DNA from: Trichoplax sp. H2
Lineage: Eukaryota
DNA: 64,000 nucleotides
Direction: 5' to 3'
Assembly: GCA_003344405.1 (NCBI GenBank)
Contig: NOWV01000013.1
Location: 248,001-312,000, forward strand
Part shown: positions 51,297 through 63,952 of the stretch, in pieces
Position numbering within the stretch: position 1 is the first letter of the stretch
Layout of the letters: each line of letters begins with the position of its first letter
Program-made: the position numbers and the translations under genes
Notes under the pieces: generated by a model
Told to the model about the DNA's origin: nothing
What the model saw: only the letters and a program-made list of their open reading frames with translations
Database searches by the model: none

Positions 51297-52400
51297 TCAC
51301 CTAGTATTCTTTTTAGGTCTTGATAAATAGATTTTACGAGCATTTTTTGTTAACTTTAACTGTAATTCAGGCGTAACAACGCCATGCTCTGCCAATGTAA
51401 TATCAATCTGACGCAATGTGAAATTGTGACGATACACATAGATCCAATGGTAATGAAATCGATGATTATGAATTGGTGTAATGCCAGCTCGATAAGCTAG
51501 TAGGCCAACATATACATCGTCAATTCCCGGAAGTTTTTTAATGAATGGAATCGATTCTACCATTCGCTCCAATGCTATTCCCGACATTAAATTACTAAAG
51601 CCAGAGCAATAGGGAGGGAATCGTTTCCATTTATAATCTAATGGTGAAATATAATATTTGTTTTTTTTATTTCGAATTGGTTTACGATTACCACGACTTA
51701 CATAGCCAACCCAGTGCTTTCTTACAACTTTCCATCCACTTCTATCGATGTGGTTAATGTACTCAAACATTCGCCATTTATTGAGCCATACATCATCATC
51801 GCCCTTGTAAAAAAATCTTGGTCTACAGTATTTGTATGCCCAATACATGCCAGCGACAGTCTTTTCCGTTAAACTTTGATGGCCTTCTTTTAAATTGATA
51901 ATAATCATATCACCATAACGTTCTGCCTCAGCATCAACTAAGTCGTCGCGCTTTTTCACGCCTGATCGGCCGACCACAAAAACAGTTTTCCATGTATAAC
52001 TATCATTACGGCTATCGTTGATATCCCAGCCGTTGCCCCAACTTTCACGAATACCTTTTCGTCGTTTATAATGGTATGTATGGCTATTAATTGCTAATAG
52101 GAAGAAAGCCGGTTTAAAGCATGGTTGTGGCTGAGTGGAATTTTCAGTGATGAATTTTGTAATGTCATATTTAGGTTCAGCTTCAAACGTTGGCAATTCA
52201 CTTTCTTGTTTTTTCGGAAGTTTTGTAATTATTGTGGGTTTGGGCTTATTATTTTTAATCTCAGTAGCTTTCTTATTCCAATTTGTCACTTTGAAGCTAC
52301 AAATAAAATCACCATAAATTTTTGTAACGATCAAGAATAATAATACTGCTATTAGCCTTCGCCACGAAAGAATACGACCAAAATGTCCACCCTTCGGCAT
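51297..52400 (-). CDS. GT31 beta-1,3-glycosyltransferase, B3GNT-like, copy 5 (367 aa)
   Basis: TM helix, FLLAINS, RRKGIRESWG, YKGDDDVWLN, FPPYCSG, IDDVYVG, AEHGV. Splice acceptor ttcctag abuts the ATG. Confidence 0.93.
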   Translation of the reverse strand: MPKGGHFGRILSWRRLIAVLLFLIVTKIYGDFICSFKVTNWNKKATEIKNNKPKPTIITKLPKKQESELPTFEAEPKYDITKFITENSTQPQPCFKPAFFLLAINSHTYHYKRRKGIRESWGNGWDINDSRNDSYTWKTVFVVGRSGVKKRDDLVDAEAERYGDMIIINLKEGHQSLTEKTVAGMYWAYKYCRPRFFYKGDDDVWLNKWRMFEYINHIDRSGWKVVRKHWVGYVSRGNRKPIRNKKNKYYISPLDYKWKRFPPYCSGFSNLMSGIALERMVESIPFIKKLPGIDDVYVGLLAYRAGITPIHNHRFHYHWIYVYRHNFTLRQIDITLAEHGVVTPELQLKLTKNARKIYLSRPKKNTR

Positions 52401-55400
52401 CTAGGAAGTAGAATTGTTACATTTTCATTTTTGATAACCTTCTTTCAATTCTGAAGCAAGCAGATAATCTTCACTGCTCATAAATCTACTTTGACAGTAT
52501 GCTACTATAATACTGTAGTTATATAGTTTGATAAAATCAGTTTGAAAGGAAATTACTTTCTATACATTCTATGATGTATTGCAATATTATCATAGCCAGT
52601 CTACGTCCTGCAGTACTACAACATTGTCTGTAAACTTGAAAAATAACAAAATGTGTATTTTATTTTAATAATTGTCTGTAATCACAAAGACCAAGGTATC
52701 AATATGATCAATATTACTTGTATTGTTTTTTTGAGACAATACCTTGAGATTTTTGGCCTTCAGGATATCATTTATTGCTTGCACGCTATCACCATGATTA
52801 TTGAAATACCATTTCTTTTTATTAATACAATATCCTTCTACTATCAAATTGGATTTGCCAGTAAAATCTCTGAAATGGATCAGATAGTGGCCTGTCATTC
52901 ATTTAATGGAACTAATTTGAAATAAATTCCATGAAAGTGCAAGTTGTAACTGAGTATGAATGAGTCGGATTCCTTCTATGGAATGAATGAAATTATATGA
53001 TTATACGAGTATATAATATTGAACTTACAGTAAGTGCTTGTCATACCCACTAGTCAATATTAAAATAAAAATAATCATGCTCTGTAGCTATAGCCTGTTC
53101 AATATGACATGGACAGTTGTAAAATTGTTCACGACTATTGTTGTGCTGGACAGCACATTGACCACTATCAAAGTAGTATTGTACGTATTATTACGGCCAA
53201 ATAGACGGTTTAACATACAAGAATATCTCATCGTACTATAATAATGATAAATGACTATACTATAGTCTAGGGAATGATGGTTTGACTACTTCTATACCCT
53301 AAGTAAGCTATGCACATTCCTTTTAACATAAGGATACTTTGAATATTTTTCATTTTTAAGGACAGTATATTACATATGGTGTGAGAAAGATTTACCTTTA
53401 AATGCGCTTAATTGAATGTGTTCACAGGCATACAGTATAACATTTACAATGACAAAGGGTAAGAAAATTCTTTTTAATCGCTTAACGTAGTGGAAAAATG
53501 GAACATTTATGAGATAACTAATCATCAATGAACTGATTTAAAATGATAGAATTAGACAGTCTCAATATATAGCACAACAATACGTACAGATGTAGTACTC
53601 TATAACCGTAGAACAACAACCGTGGCGGCGTTGATCGATCCCTACTACCATACGGTATGCTGTATTCTTCAGCAGGATGCCTAGCTCCTTCGCATTGAGA
53701 ACAAGTAAAACTACTAGCTACGCCTTTGAATTGATAATCTCCTAGGAAGATGATTTCTACTCCTATTGCTGACTAGATTGAGCAATATTAGAGGAGAAGC
53801 TCGTCGACGTGTTTAGAAAGTAATTTGTAATAGCAATAATAATTATCATTGAAAATACTGAATTAGAATAATTAATTAGTGTTGTAATTAATTAATTATT
53901 TATAATCCGTACCGTTGCGGTGCGGTCCACTTCACCGTCTCTAACTTGACTACAAAGAAGAAATGGTATGCACGTCCGCACGTCTGTATATCTATGGCGA
54001 AGAACTTTTCTTTGACCTACTGAAAGAAACACAAAAGAGTCGACCAATGAAAAGAAAGCCGGTCATGCTCAGTCTACAATAGGTTATTGTTTTGCAGCAT
54101 CCACTTAGATCAAGATCTTTACATCGACTTCTGCAGTTGCACTGTAGCATAAGCTACTAGAATAAAAGTATTAATAATTAATTAATTATAAAGATCTACA
54201 TTATATTATACTGTATTATAATATAATTCGAAGTATAGTGGTGGAGTTACTATGCTTACTCGGAAGTTTTTCTTTCTATTTCCAGAGATGTGCCGTATAG
54301 TATTCAGCATGAAAGTACAGTACAGGACACCGTACTGACGAGTACGTCAGGGGATTTTACTCAGTAAAAGACAAGTCCCTGTACGTGTACTTTAACCCTT
54401 AAAGGTTAATGTCATACTGCATTGTGTTGTATTATCTCACCCTAAGTATCACCGATGCTCTATGGTCACAATCACACTACTACAGTATTTGTTTGATGGC
54501 TTACGGAAATAAAAATGAAGGAAACACTTTGGGTAGATTAAGTAGCCTTATTTTCTCGACTGTTCTATAGGCAATTTCTGATATTAGACAGTAGTCTGAT
54601 GAATACTGTACACTGTACAGCATAGTGGTGAGAACTACTACAACCTTGTTTATTCGTTCGGTAATTGGATAGTACACGCGCATTAATTGAAGTTCTTGCA
54701 AAGCGAGAGAAACAGAGCCTAGTCGAACTGGACTGCCTGCTGGTTTGGGGAATGTCGAATAACCGGCTGTCAGTAGTTAATCTTCTGCAAACCGATATGG
54801 TCCCTAATAATTTATCGTTCTGTGTAAGTGCTTTTTCAGCTGTGAAAATGTTTAAAGAGTAAATGAAGTAAATGGATAATATCAATTTGTTTTAATTACT
54901 GATATAATAGTTGGATAATTTGTAGTTATTGAGAAACGATTGGCCCGTGAACATGTCTAGGATACATCCGTAATGCCTTATTGTACGGTACATTTGTTCT
55001 TTGCAGGCTAATAATCAGCAAGAGGGCCAATTTTAAATTTTCTCTTCTTTAAATACGTGTACGATATTTAGTAATTGAGTAGTGCAGTCCCTAACAAGTG
55101 CTGTACATACGCTCACACCGTAGAGTATGATGATCATTTACTATTCCGTGGACAGTTGCGACACTCACTGTACTGTACTGATAAGGTTTAGCAGCGAATC
55201 GCAATTTTGCAGTTTTATTGGATAGAGAATGAGATATTGAAGGTTGAGATGTTTGTTTTATTCATTTCTAATTGTAAAAAAATTAATATCCTCTATCGGC
55301 AAAATTCTTTCCAGGATTGCCAATACTACAATCATATCCGTATTATAAACTGAAAGCATATTAATAATTTATACTCCATCATGCTTTAAGTTATTCTTTC

Positions 55401-55553
55401 ACCTTACGTGTAGCACTGGGATAGGGAAAGTTAAAGCTGTGGAAGGACGTATTATATCATCTTTATGTTCCAATACAAATAAAAGTAAAGGTTGATTGAT
55501 ATATTTATCTAGGCTTATACGAGTATATACTATAAATTAATGTACATGACAGC

Positions 55554-56594
55554 ATGCCAAGATCGGTGGTTATTCGAAAGTATATTGCTGTATTTATAGT
55601 TATAGCCATTTTTAGAACATATCTCTATATTATATATACCACGAGATTTGGCCTTCGATTGCAAGCTAAATACATGTGGTTAGACTTTCAGCCAGCGCAA
55701 TTACCAGTATTCCATATATATCCTATCAGACATGGTAACGATTGTATGAAACTTATAGAATTTCAGCCTCCACCATGTCGAACCTCGACACTATTATTTT
55801 TAGCCATCAACAGCCACGCGAAGCATCATAGTAGACGCAATGGCATTCGCAAAAGTTGGGCATCCAATATATGGTTGAATGGGAATAATAATGAAACTTG
55901 GAAAACCGTTTTCATAGTGGGTTTAACTGGTGATCGGGAGCGAGATGTTCGGGTAAATCATGAGGCATCATATCATGGTGATATGATAATCCTTAACTCT
56001 TTAGAAAGTCATCATAGTTTAACGGATAAAACGGTCACTGGTATGCATTGGGCCTCTAAATACTGTCAACCAAAGTTTTTCTATAAAGGAGATGATGATG
56101 TTTGGGTTAACAAATGGCGTATCTATGATTATATAACTCATTTGAACACCAGTGTTCCCGAGGTTTATGATAATCATTGGGTTGGCTTTGTTAGTTATGA
56201 CAACCGAAGACCTATCAGAAATATTAGAAGTAAGTATTATGTATCTCATGAGCATTATAGATGGGGCTTGTTTCCGCCTTACTGCTCTGGTTTTGCTAAT
56301 ATTATGTCTGGACAAGCACTACGGAAGATGTTGGATGCTACAAATTATATCGAAAAACTACCTGGTATCGATGATGTTTATATCGGTTTATTAGCATATA
56401 AAAGTGGTATTCAACCGATAAGGAACCTGCACTTTCGTTTCGATAGTAGGCCTCTTCAACGTCATATTACTAAAAGGTATGTTGATCAAACCTTGGCACT
56501 TCATGGTGTCACTAAACCGGATAAACAATTATTACTCAACGATATTGCTCGCAGGATCTATATTGGTAATCAATCTATAAGGAGCTTAAATTAA
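55554..56594 (+). CDS. GT31 beta-1,3-glycosyltransferase, B3GNT-like, copy 6 (346 aa)
   Basis: TM helix, LFLAINS, RRNGIRKSW, YKGDDDVWVN, FPPYCSG, IDDVYIG, ALHGV. Confidence 0.93.
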   Translation: MPRSVVIRKYIAVFIVIAIFRTYLYIIYTTRFGLRLQAKYMWLDFQPAQLPVFHIYPIRHGNDCMKLIEFQPPPCRTSTLLFLAINSHAKHHSRRNGIRKSWASNIWLNGNNNETWKTVFIVGLTGDRERDVRVNHEASYHGDMIILNSLESHHSLTDKTVTGMHWASKYCQPKFFYKGDDDVWVNKWRIYDYITHLNTSVPEVYDNHWVGFVSYDNRRPIRNIRSKYYVSHEHYRWGLFPPYCSGFANIMSGQALRKMLDATNYIEKLPGIDDVYIGLLAYKSGIQPIRNLHFRFDSRPLQRHITKRYVDQTLALHGVTKPDKQLLLNDIARRIYIGNQSIRSLN

Positions 56595-59500
56595 TATATT
56601 GCATTATGTTAAGTAATACTGTTTATCTACTTTTACATGCTTACTTTTTAATCAATTGTTCCTTTGCTTTGATAGTAAAATATTTTAAAATTCAATTGAT
56701 CAAATTTATGTACCTTATTGGGTGCGACAAACAAATTATAATATACAACTTGCTTGTATGCCACAGTTTGATTGATGTACTGTCTCTTCTGTGGCAACAG
56801 AATGAAGCATTAACTTTAGCTTGATAGGTTAAAAAAGGTCAAAGATTCCATTTAACTGAAATTGAAGCTAAACTAACGACTGCGTATAAGCGTTCACAAT
56901 GAACTCTGCAATTTGCGTGATATTGTACGTGTGCAAAGATTGCAATTTTTTGTATGCTAAATTCTACATGCTTATGGCCATGCATAGAAATATTATATAA
57001 TGATGATTATTTTTAATTATTCTGTTATCATATTACTGTTTTTATTCCAGTAACTGGCTGTTTGATGAGATGTTATTATCAAATTCATCTGTTTTAAAAA
57101 TTTGTATTGTGCTATAGTAATTACAGAATTAATTGATTAACCAAAAGGAATCAGATAGTGCGATTTGAATCAGGAAGTACATTAAAATAAAATATAAAGT
57201 ATATAATAGTTGATGTATTAACCTTCTTATTGATACCTAATAAGCAATTACGAATTCTTTGAATATTTAAAGAAATAGACTTATTTGATTTTACGCATAA
57301 CTAGTCTCGTTTAATACTACGTACTGCTTTTGTTTACTGCAATTTTGAAGGCAATAAATTAGTACGGTACATCCTGTCATGGAGTGGCAGATGAAAAATA
57401 TACTTTGCGTTGTGCACTCTATTGCAAAGTTGCATAGTGATCAATTTGAGCAGGATTAGCGTGTGTAGGTTACACAAAGAAATTGACTAAATGATATCAA
57501 AATGACTCATGTCCAATTGCCCATCAAGTGCATTCGGTTAAGTGTTATTTTTTTGCCACAGGTACTCGTATGTATTAAATACCTAAGCTAGCATCGGAAT
57601 TGTCAAGGCACACTAGATTCTAACTATAATAATATAATGACAGGCATTCCTATGAAAAAAAGTCTCACTATTATATTGATATTCAATCAGACTTAGCTTA
57701 TCGCTTCTAGTCACTGGGCTACAGACGTAAAAGGTTTTTTTACTTGCTTTCCTGCATTTTTTAAATTTTTGGCCTGCTTTCACACAGTACAGAGATATAA
57801 GAAAAACTTTATAAAATATCAAATATAGGAATAAAAAGTAGGTAACTCATTATTTTATGAGTGTTTAATTCCTTTATAAGCCATTATGTTGATAACAAAT
57901 GTATATTATTTATCGTATGCTAATGACGCCAATTGATCAGCATGATAATTTGTGAGAAGTATTTCTTTGTTGCTATGCTGTACTGTCATTCGAAGTCCAA
58001 AGTCCATGGCCCTTCCTAAGGAAATTGACGTCTTTAGTAAACTCAGTCAGGGACTGGTAAAGAGGAAAACGGGATTGGTATTAATTTATACTACGTTAAG
58101 ATTTCCATGGTGAAATTCTCAGTAATCTCTTTCGGATTTGCGTTTACGATTTAGAACGATATTTGTCTTACTGTAAACTGACTGTACGGCCAGCCATACA
58201 GCCATGGGCTTGTAGATCTTCGAGATCTACAGTCCTATCACGGATTTCTCGATACCTCGAAGTCCATTGTACAGTATTGTACTGCTAGATTTCTGCTACC
58301 TTGGGTTCTACAGTATCCCCTACTGTTACTTTGCACGTTTGTATGAAAGAACCATACCATTCTACATTTAAAGTTTACCATCAAGAAAGTCGATGGAAGT
58401 TTACTAACACTGACAAGTCACTATCATATTGTCAATACTGTACAATATTCGGAAGAGCTGGATGCGACAGCTACATTTCTGATTGCGGATACCTTTCGTA
58501 TCTTACTGCCATGGTTACTAAATCTTAGCGATAAGATTAAGATTTAGTCGTCCAGTCCAGAACTCCATCTTTCTGCTGTCAACTCTGCAAAAGTTTGTAT
58601 GAAGAAAAAGAGATTCCTATAGTCAATACCATTTTGTATTAAGTCTACCCATCACACGAAGTCACTACTCATGCGCAGCTCCTCGCATGTCCCGAAAATC
58701 ATATACTGTACTACTGTACAGTATTATAATAGTACAGTAGACCAACTACAGTACTGCACTGTTCTGTACAAGTGTACATTGATTGTACGAAACTCTTCTG
58801 ACTCATAACCCGTTGTTCAATCGTCTTGGGTCAACCCAGTATGGGTGTCACACTTGGTGCCCACATTGTTGACGTTGCTGGGCGGTGCTGAGAGCGTCGT
58901 TTGTCGTTGAGCAGACTCAGCCACCACCTTTATCTAACTGGTATCGTACGCTTCAACTGATCACTGCACTGACTCGACTTGATATTACAGTATTGCACAC
59001 ACAATACAGTACTCAGTGTGCAAAGCCATAGAGCCTTACCTTACTAAAACAATTATCCCTTGGGTTCACGACAGTGACTGTAGAAATTTCACTATTGCGT
59101 CGGACATTGAAAATTGAATTTTTCCTTTCCTTTCAACCAAGTTCCTTTCCAAGCCATTCTAAAATCATTGAAATGAAATTTTCAAGTACATTTCTGAGAA
59201 ATTTTATTGTATAGTATCTCCTGTTTGATCTGGTAACATCTATACTACCATTTCTAGTTGATTGAGAGGTAAGAGGAAGAATTACTGTCAACGGAATTTG
59301 CTTTTTTCACCTCGCTTTTGATTTCGTGCCATACTGATAGCCATTTCTATACGTCAATTTGAGTTTACTTTCATCTAGTATACACGATATTCAATCTCAT
59401 TTTTAAGTTTACACTTAATGTAGTTGGAGAAAAATTGTCGAAAGAAATGAAATCACAATCATAACTAACGTACTCCTACTAAAGATTTAGTCAAGGCAAT

Positions 59501-61730
59501 CAATCTTGATCTTGTTCCATTGCTGTACAGTACTACCCATTGCAGACGTACCTAAATCAATCGACCAATCGGACAGCCTAAAGTAAACTTCTGCACTGTA
59601 CTGCTGTACTTTTAATTTTTATTATGCCGAAGTATGACTTGCCAAGTTATGAAATTACTAGGTGATAGTTCCATGTTGAATATGCAAGAAGGTGGTGAAC
59701 AAGATTTTAATATTGACTCCCTCGATTCCTCGACTACAGTACATTTTGGACAATAATGAATAAGTCATTCTCATGATGCAATGTACAGTAGTCTCTGAAA
59801 GAGGAAAAAATGACTGATTATGATGACGGACCAGTCTCACCACGAATGATTCAATTTCTTACTCAAAGATGGACAGTATTGACCTACTCAAATGCTATAA
59901 AACGCCTAAAAACATGAACAGTATATGAGAATGTCGAGACGATAGATTAATTATACTTGTAAATATATACTATGACATTACTATTACTACTATACGTACA
60001 GTACACTGAGTACAGTATACACCTACGCGTAGAATGATCAAATATGGACGATGCATGCGTGTACTATACACAGGAGGCTTTAGTGCAGTCGAAAATCAAC
60101 TTGTGTCTTGCCTACTACTGTATTTTTCCAGGTAAAAACCATTCGAATTATGTAATACATATGGTAATATAGATACATTCTAAATGACACTATATCTCTA
60201 ATTGAGTATTGAATGATTGAATTTTTTACTGATAAATATTAACAAGACACTATACAGTACAGTACATAAAAAGACCGCTGAGTATACGAGAAAAAGGATG
60301 AGCGATATTAATTCCTTTTCATCATAGCTGACCATTGCTAGCACTAGAGCCCATGCTATGATATAATTAATTAAAGTCGGTTATTCGATTGCTAAATTTT
60401 GTCATATCATGTCTGTCTGATTTAACTTTTGTTCAAGTTTTAACAGGAAAGCTGAATATAGAGAGTATAGCAGAAATTATAGTATGTATTTTGTGTCACG
60501 ACAACGTTGCACTTTTACAACTTGTGTACGCGTATATCGAATATATAAGCTTATTCATCACACAACTAGACCTAACATTTAAGAATGAAAGATCAATTGT
60601 CTTCCATGTCCTCTTAGTAATATCTACTAAATGCGGATGAAACATACTACCGCTACTTTACAATTGAGAGAAGCTCATAATAATGGACTACCTGTGCGTG
60701 CTGCATATTCGGGGCAGACAGTGCTGCAAATGATTTAAAAGCATTGATGTTCTGACGAGTCAACATATACTGAGATCTCAAAGATATTGACTTAGAATAC
60801 AAGCTTATTACGCATAGTAAAGTTTAGTAAATTATTTCCACTAGCACGCCATCAGAGTGCGCCTTCATCTTAAAATTCTGTTGCAAATACACCTGAAGAA
60901 TGAGTTAAATTATTTATACTTACTCATTAATTTGGCAAGCTTCAATTTGGACTAGATCAATTAGTTCATGGCTACAGACCCACAGTATTATAATAATGGG
61001 ATGAAAAGGGTCAATTACGTTACGTGTATTAGCTTTTAATTCTGTTTTACTACTATCAAAGATTAATGTATCAAATGCGTTTTTTATCCTGTTTAGCCTG
61101 GTTCATACATAACGGTCGATGAACTGTGAACAGCATTTTGCCCATTACTACAGTATATTCCTGAGCTAGTAAACACGCCTATATCTGGAATCACAGTATC
61201 TTCTACATACTGTAGGTCATTTTCTCACATACCACGTAAATTTCTGTCTCTATGCGAAATCGATCATGATCATTCTTATATCGGCAATAAAACAACATTT
61301 ATATTCGTACGTATTATTTTTAACTTGGTTTAAACACATTCCCATTGGCGTACGCTAACGGATGTCGTCACTTTTTTTTATATACAAGTATAATATACTA
61401 TACGATTACCATTGGCAATTGAATTCCAGCTTCGCGGATTATCTTCTAACATTGCAATAGTCGTTACTTGATTACATAACTCCATATAGCTTTTCGTTAT
61501 GGTCTCACTACATTATTTTTTATACCTATCACGCGTAAAATGTTTGCAGTATTTTTGATATAAGTTAATGTATCATAGCATTGTTCAATCTGCTACTGAA
61601 TGATAAAAAGATTGTTAGATAATATATATATAATTCATCTAATATACAGTAGTATTGGTTAATATAATAAATTAAAGTATTGGCCTTGCATTTTTTATGT
61701 AATCAATTGGCAGATTGTTGATATACCAAA

Positions 61731-63952
61731 ATGGCCTCCGATTATGATGAAGCCGATCGTGATAGAGCTGCCATTGTAGCCAAGTACGATAAGGTGAGGT
61801 AGCCCTACAAAAGAATGTTTTGTATAAGTGATGCTTGAGTATGCCTTTTCTACCTACAATTAATGCTAAATAATACTAAATTAAACGAAGAATTGTTTAC
61901 CTTAGAGGCAGTGTTAATGTCTCTAACACACGTAACAGATTTTATTATAATTAAATATGCCAGCTGCAGTATACGTGTATTACACAAGTTTCTTTATGTC
62001 TTATGGTAGAATAGTCCTTGACATCGTACAGTTATAATCGCTTATTGTCGATAATAATGTAATAAGCAACATCCCAGTACTGTACTAAACTGGATATATT
62101 ATGGATACTCTATTTTGAAATCAGTTTCCACAGAATAAGAAGAAATGAGACTATTAAACGTCGATATTAATTAACTTGAAATTTTAATATTAACTTTATG
62201 TACTTTTACTAATAAAATAATATCAAAAATATCGCCATTTTTACACATTATCATCAATATCAATCAAAGGGACGAGAAGAAGGTGCAGAAATTGATCCAT
62301 GGGAAGATGCCGATTTCTTTGTTTATAAAGTCACCGATCGTTATGGTTTTTTACAGTAAGCTCTTTATTATTCACAGCGTTTGTTGTAGTTATTGATAGT
62401 GAGCTTGAATGGCCGTACTAATTTAAATGAAGTAATCCTGGCCTTAAATGTATGCAAGTGTAAAAATTAACGTATCAAATCAAATAACTTAGGTAGTGTT
62501 ACCATGCCTGATGATCACGTAGAAATATTCACAGTCTTCAATCATACTCCATACATTATTGCCCTTAATATTCGCGGATTAATTAATTAAACTGAATTGA
62601 TTAAAACATTTTACATAGAGGACGCACATATAATTATATCTTAAGCTTATATTGTAATCCAAAATATTAAGTACTAAACGTTATTTCGACAATTACTTAT
62701 CAAATAGCAAGGAGCCCCTACCCAAACGTACGGAGTTAGAAGCGAAAGCATTGCTAATCGAACGGTCAAGAGAAATTAAATGGTTAAAAATGTTAAAAAA
62801 TTGGGATAAATCGCTTCTTTCTGATAAGGTTGATAGAATTATAACATTATTCTTAAAAATTAAGGTTAATTTCGTAGTCAAAAACAAAATACTGTATATA
62901 ACATGCATAGGTTAACGCCTTATTCGTAAATTGTGATTATCAACAGCTAAATAGTAAGGTTCAGTAATGCAATTTTTTCTCGTTTTATTTCAATTACTCA
63001 TCATAAATACATATCTGAATATTAATTATTTAACCAAAGCGATTATTTTTTTAATTATCGAATGCTACTAATAATAGCTATCCAAATTTGTAATTTTTCT
63101 GAGCGCCTTATACCATTATCGAATGGATACACTCGTACTTTAATTAAGAACAATTTTTATCTCATAATTTTCGAAACCTTCTAGTTGCGTAACCGAGTTT
63201 ATAAGGGTATACCGAATTCTCTACGTAGTCAGGCATGGAGTCAAATTCTACGCTTAGATAAAATCAAATTAAATAAAGAAGGCTTCTATGATGTAAGTGA
63301 AGGATTTCTCTTATACAAAAAGTTATACTAGGTATAGGGTCATTTTCTTATTAAAAATAAGATTATCTAAGTTGATTTTTAACCTATATATGATTCTGCA
63401 TGTAGTACCTACATACATCAAGTATGATTAGGGCCTGCTATTGCTGAAATTGTCAGAAGTTGTGATAATTTAAAGCATAATTATCATTCATTGATTATTG
63501 CATTGGTTTTATTACTTTTATTTCCCAGCAAGCTAAACTATTGGCTAGACGTACTTCTCCCGATATAAGGCAGATTGATTTGGACGTTAACCGAACATAT
63601 CGTAATCACATCATGTTTCGTGATCGTTATGGTATAAAGTAAGTATTCCTCCACTTCCTGCGGTAAAGTAATCAAATTCATAATATTAGAGGACACTTAC
63701 GGTAATTTGTTCAATATAAAGCATAGTCATATCTTTCTTGCTAAGAATTATAAAAAATTTATAGATTTTAATGAGTGCACTTTGATGGAGATATTTAACT
63801 AGTAAATTGTTTCCTTCAATAAAACTTATGTTTTCTATTCACTAGTTTATCACGCATTGTAACTTTATTATATCACTAAAATTTATCTTTTATTGTACTT
63901 AAGGCAACAGGCTCTATTTCATGTACTTGCCACATATTCGATGTATAACACG
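61731..63952 (+). CDS. USP6NL: USP6 N-terminal-like / RN-tre TBC-domain Rab GTPase-activating protein, 5' part, continuing beyond the window. Exons 61731-61793, 62270-62355, 62708-62828, 63185-63292, 63529-63638, 63904-63952
   Basis: Spliced translation [56 protein letters not shown]...[11 protein letters not shown]...|[18 protein letters not shown]...|...[42 protein letters not shown]. This includes the TBC arginine finger (IxxDxxR). The ORF track misses it because the exons are short. Confidence 0.93.

Noticed and set aside
54335..54395. Hammerhead ribozyme (CTGACGA followed by a stem)
   Set aside because: The stem closes onto TTTA rather than the required GAAA, and stems I and III are missing. 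The candidates at ~4646, ~60752 and ~62508 fail similarly.
54565..54885. Overlapping 106 aa (-) and 65 aa (+) ORFs between GT31 copies 5 and 6
   Set aside because: No recognisable homology. They are more simply explained by locally higher GC in a promoter or UTR region.
3883..56594. CLC, AMACR and GT31 genes as one functional operon-like pathway
   Set aside because: Organellar ion homeostasis and Golgi glycosylation could be linked in principle, but adjacency in a compact animal genome is not evidence, and I saw no shared regulatory signal.
60121..60137. Recursive-splice-like site tttttccag|gtaaaa
   Set aside because: Introns here are short, and AG|GT also occurs at ordinary exon starts in this window (7401, 19017). 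It cannot be supported without RNA data.
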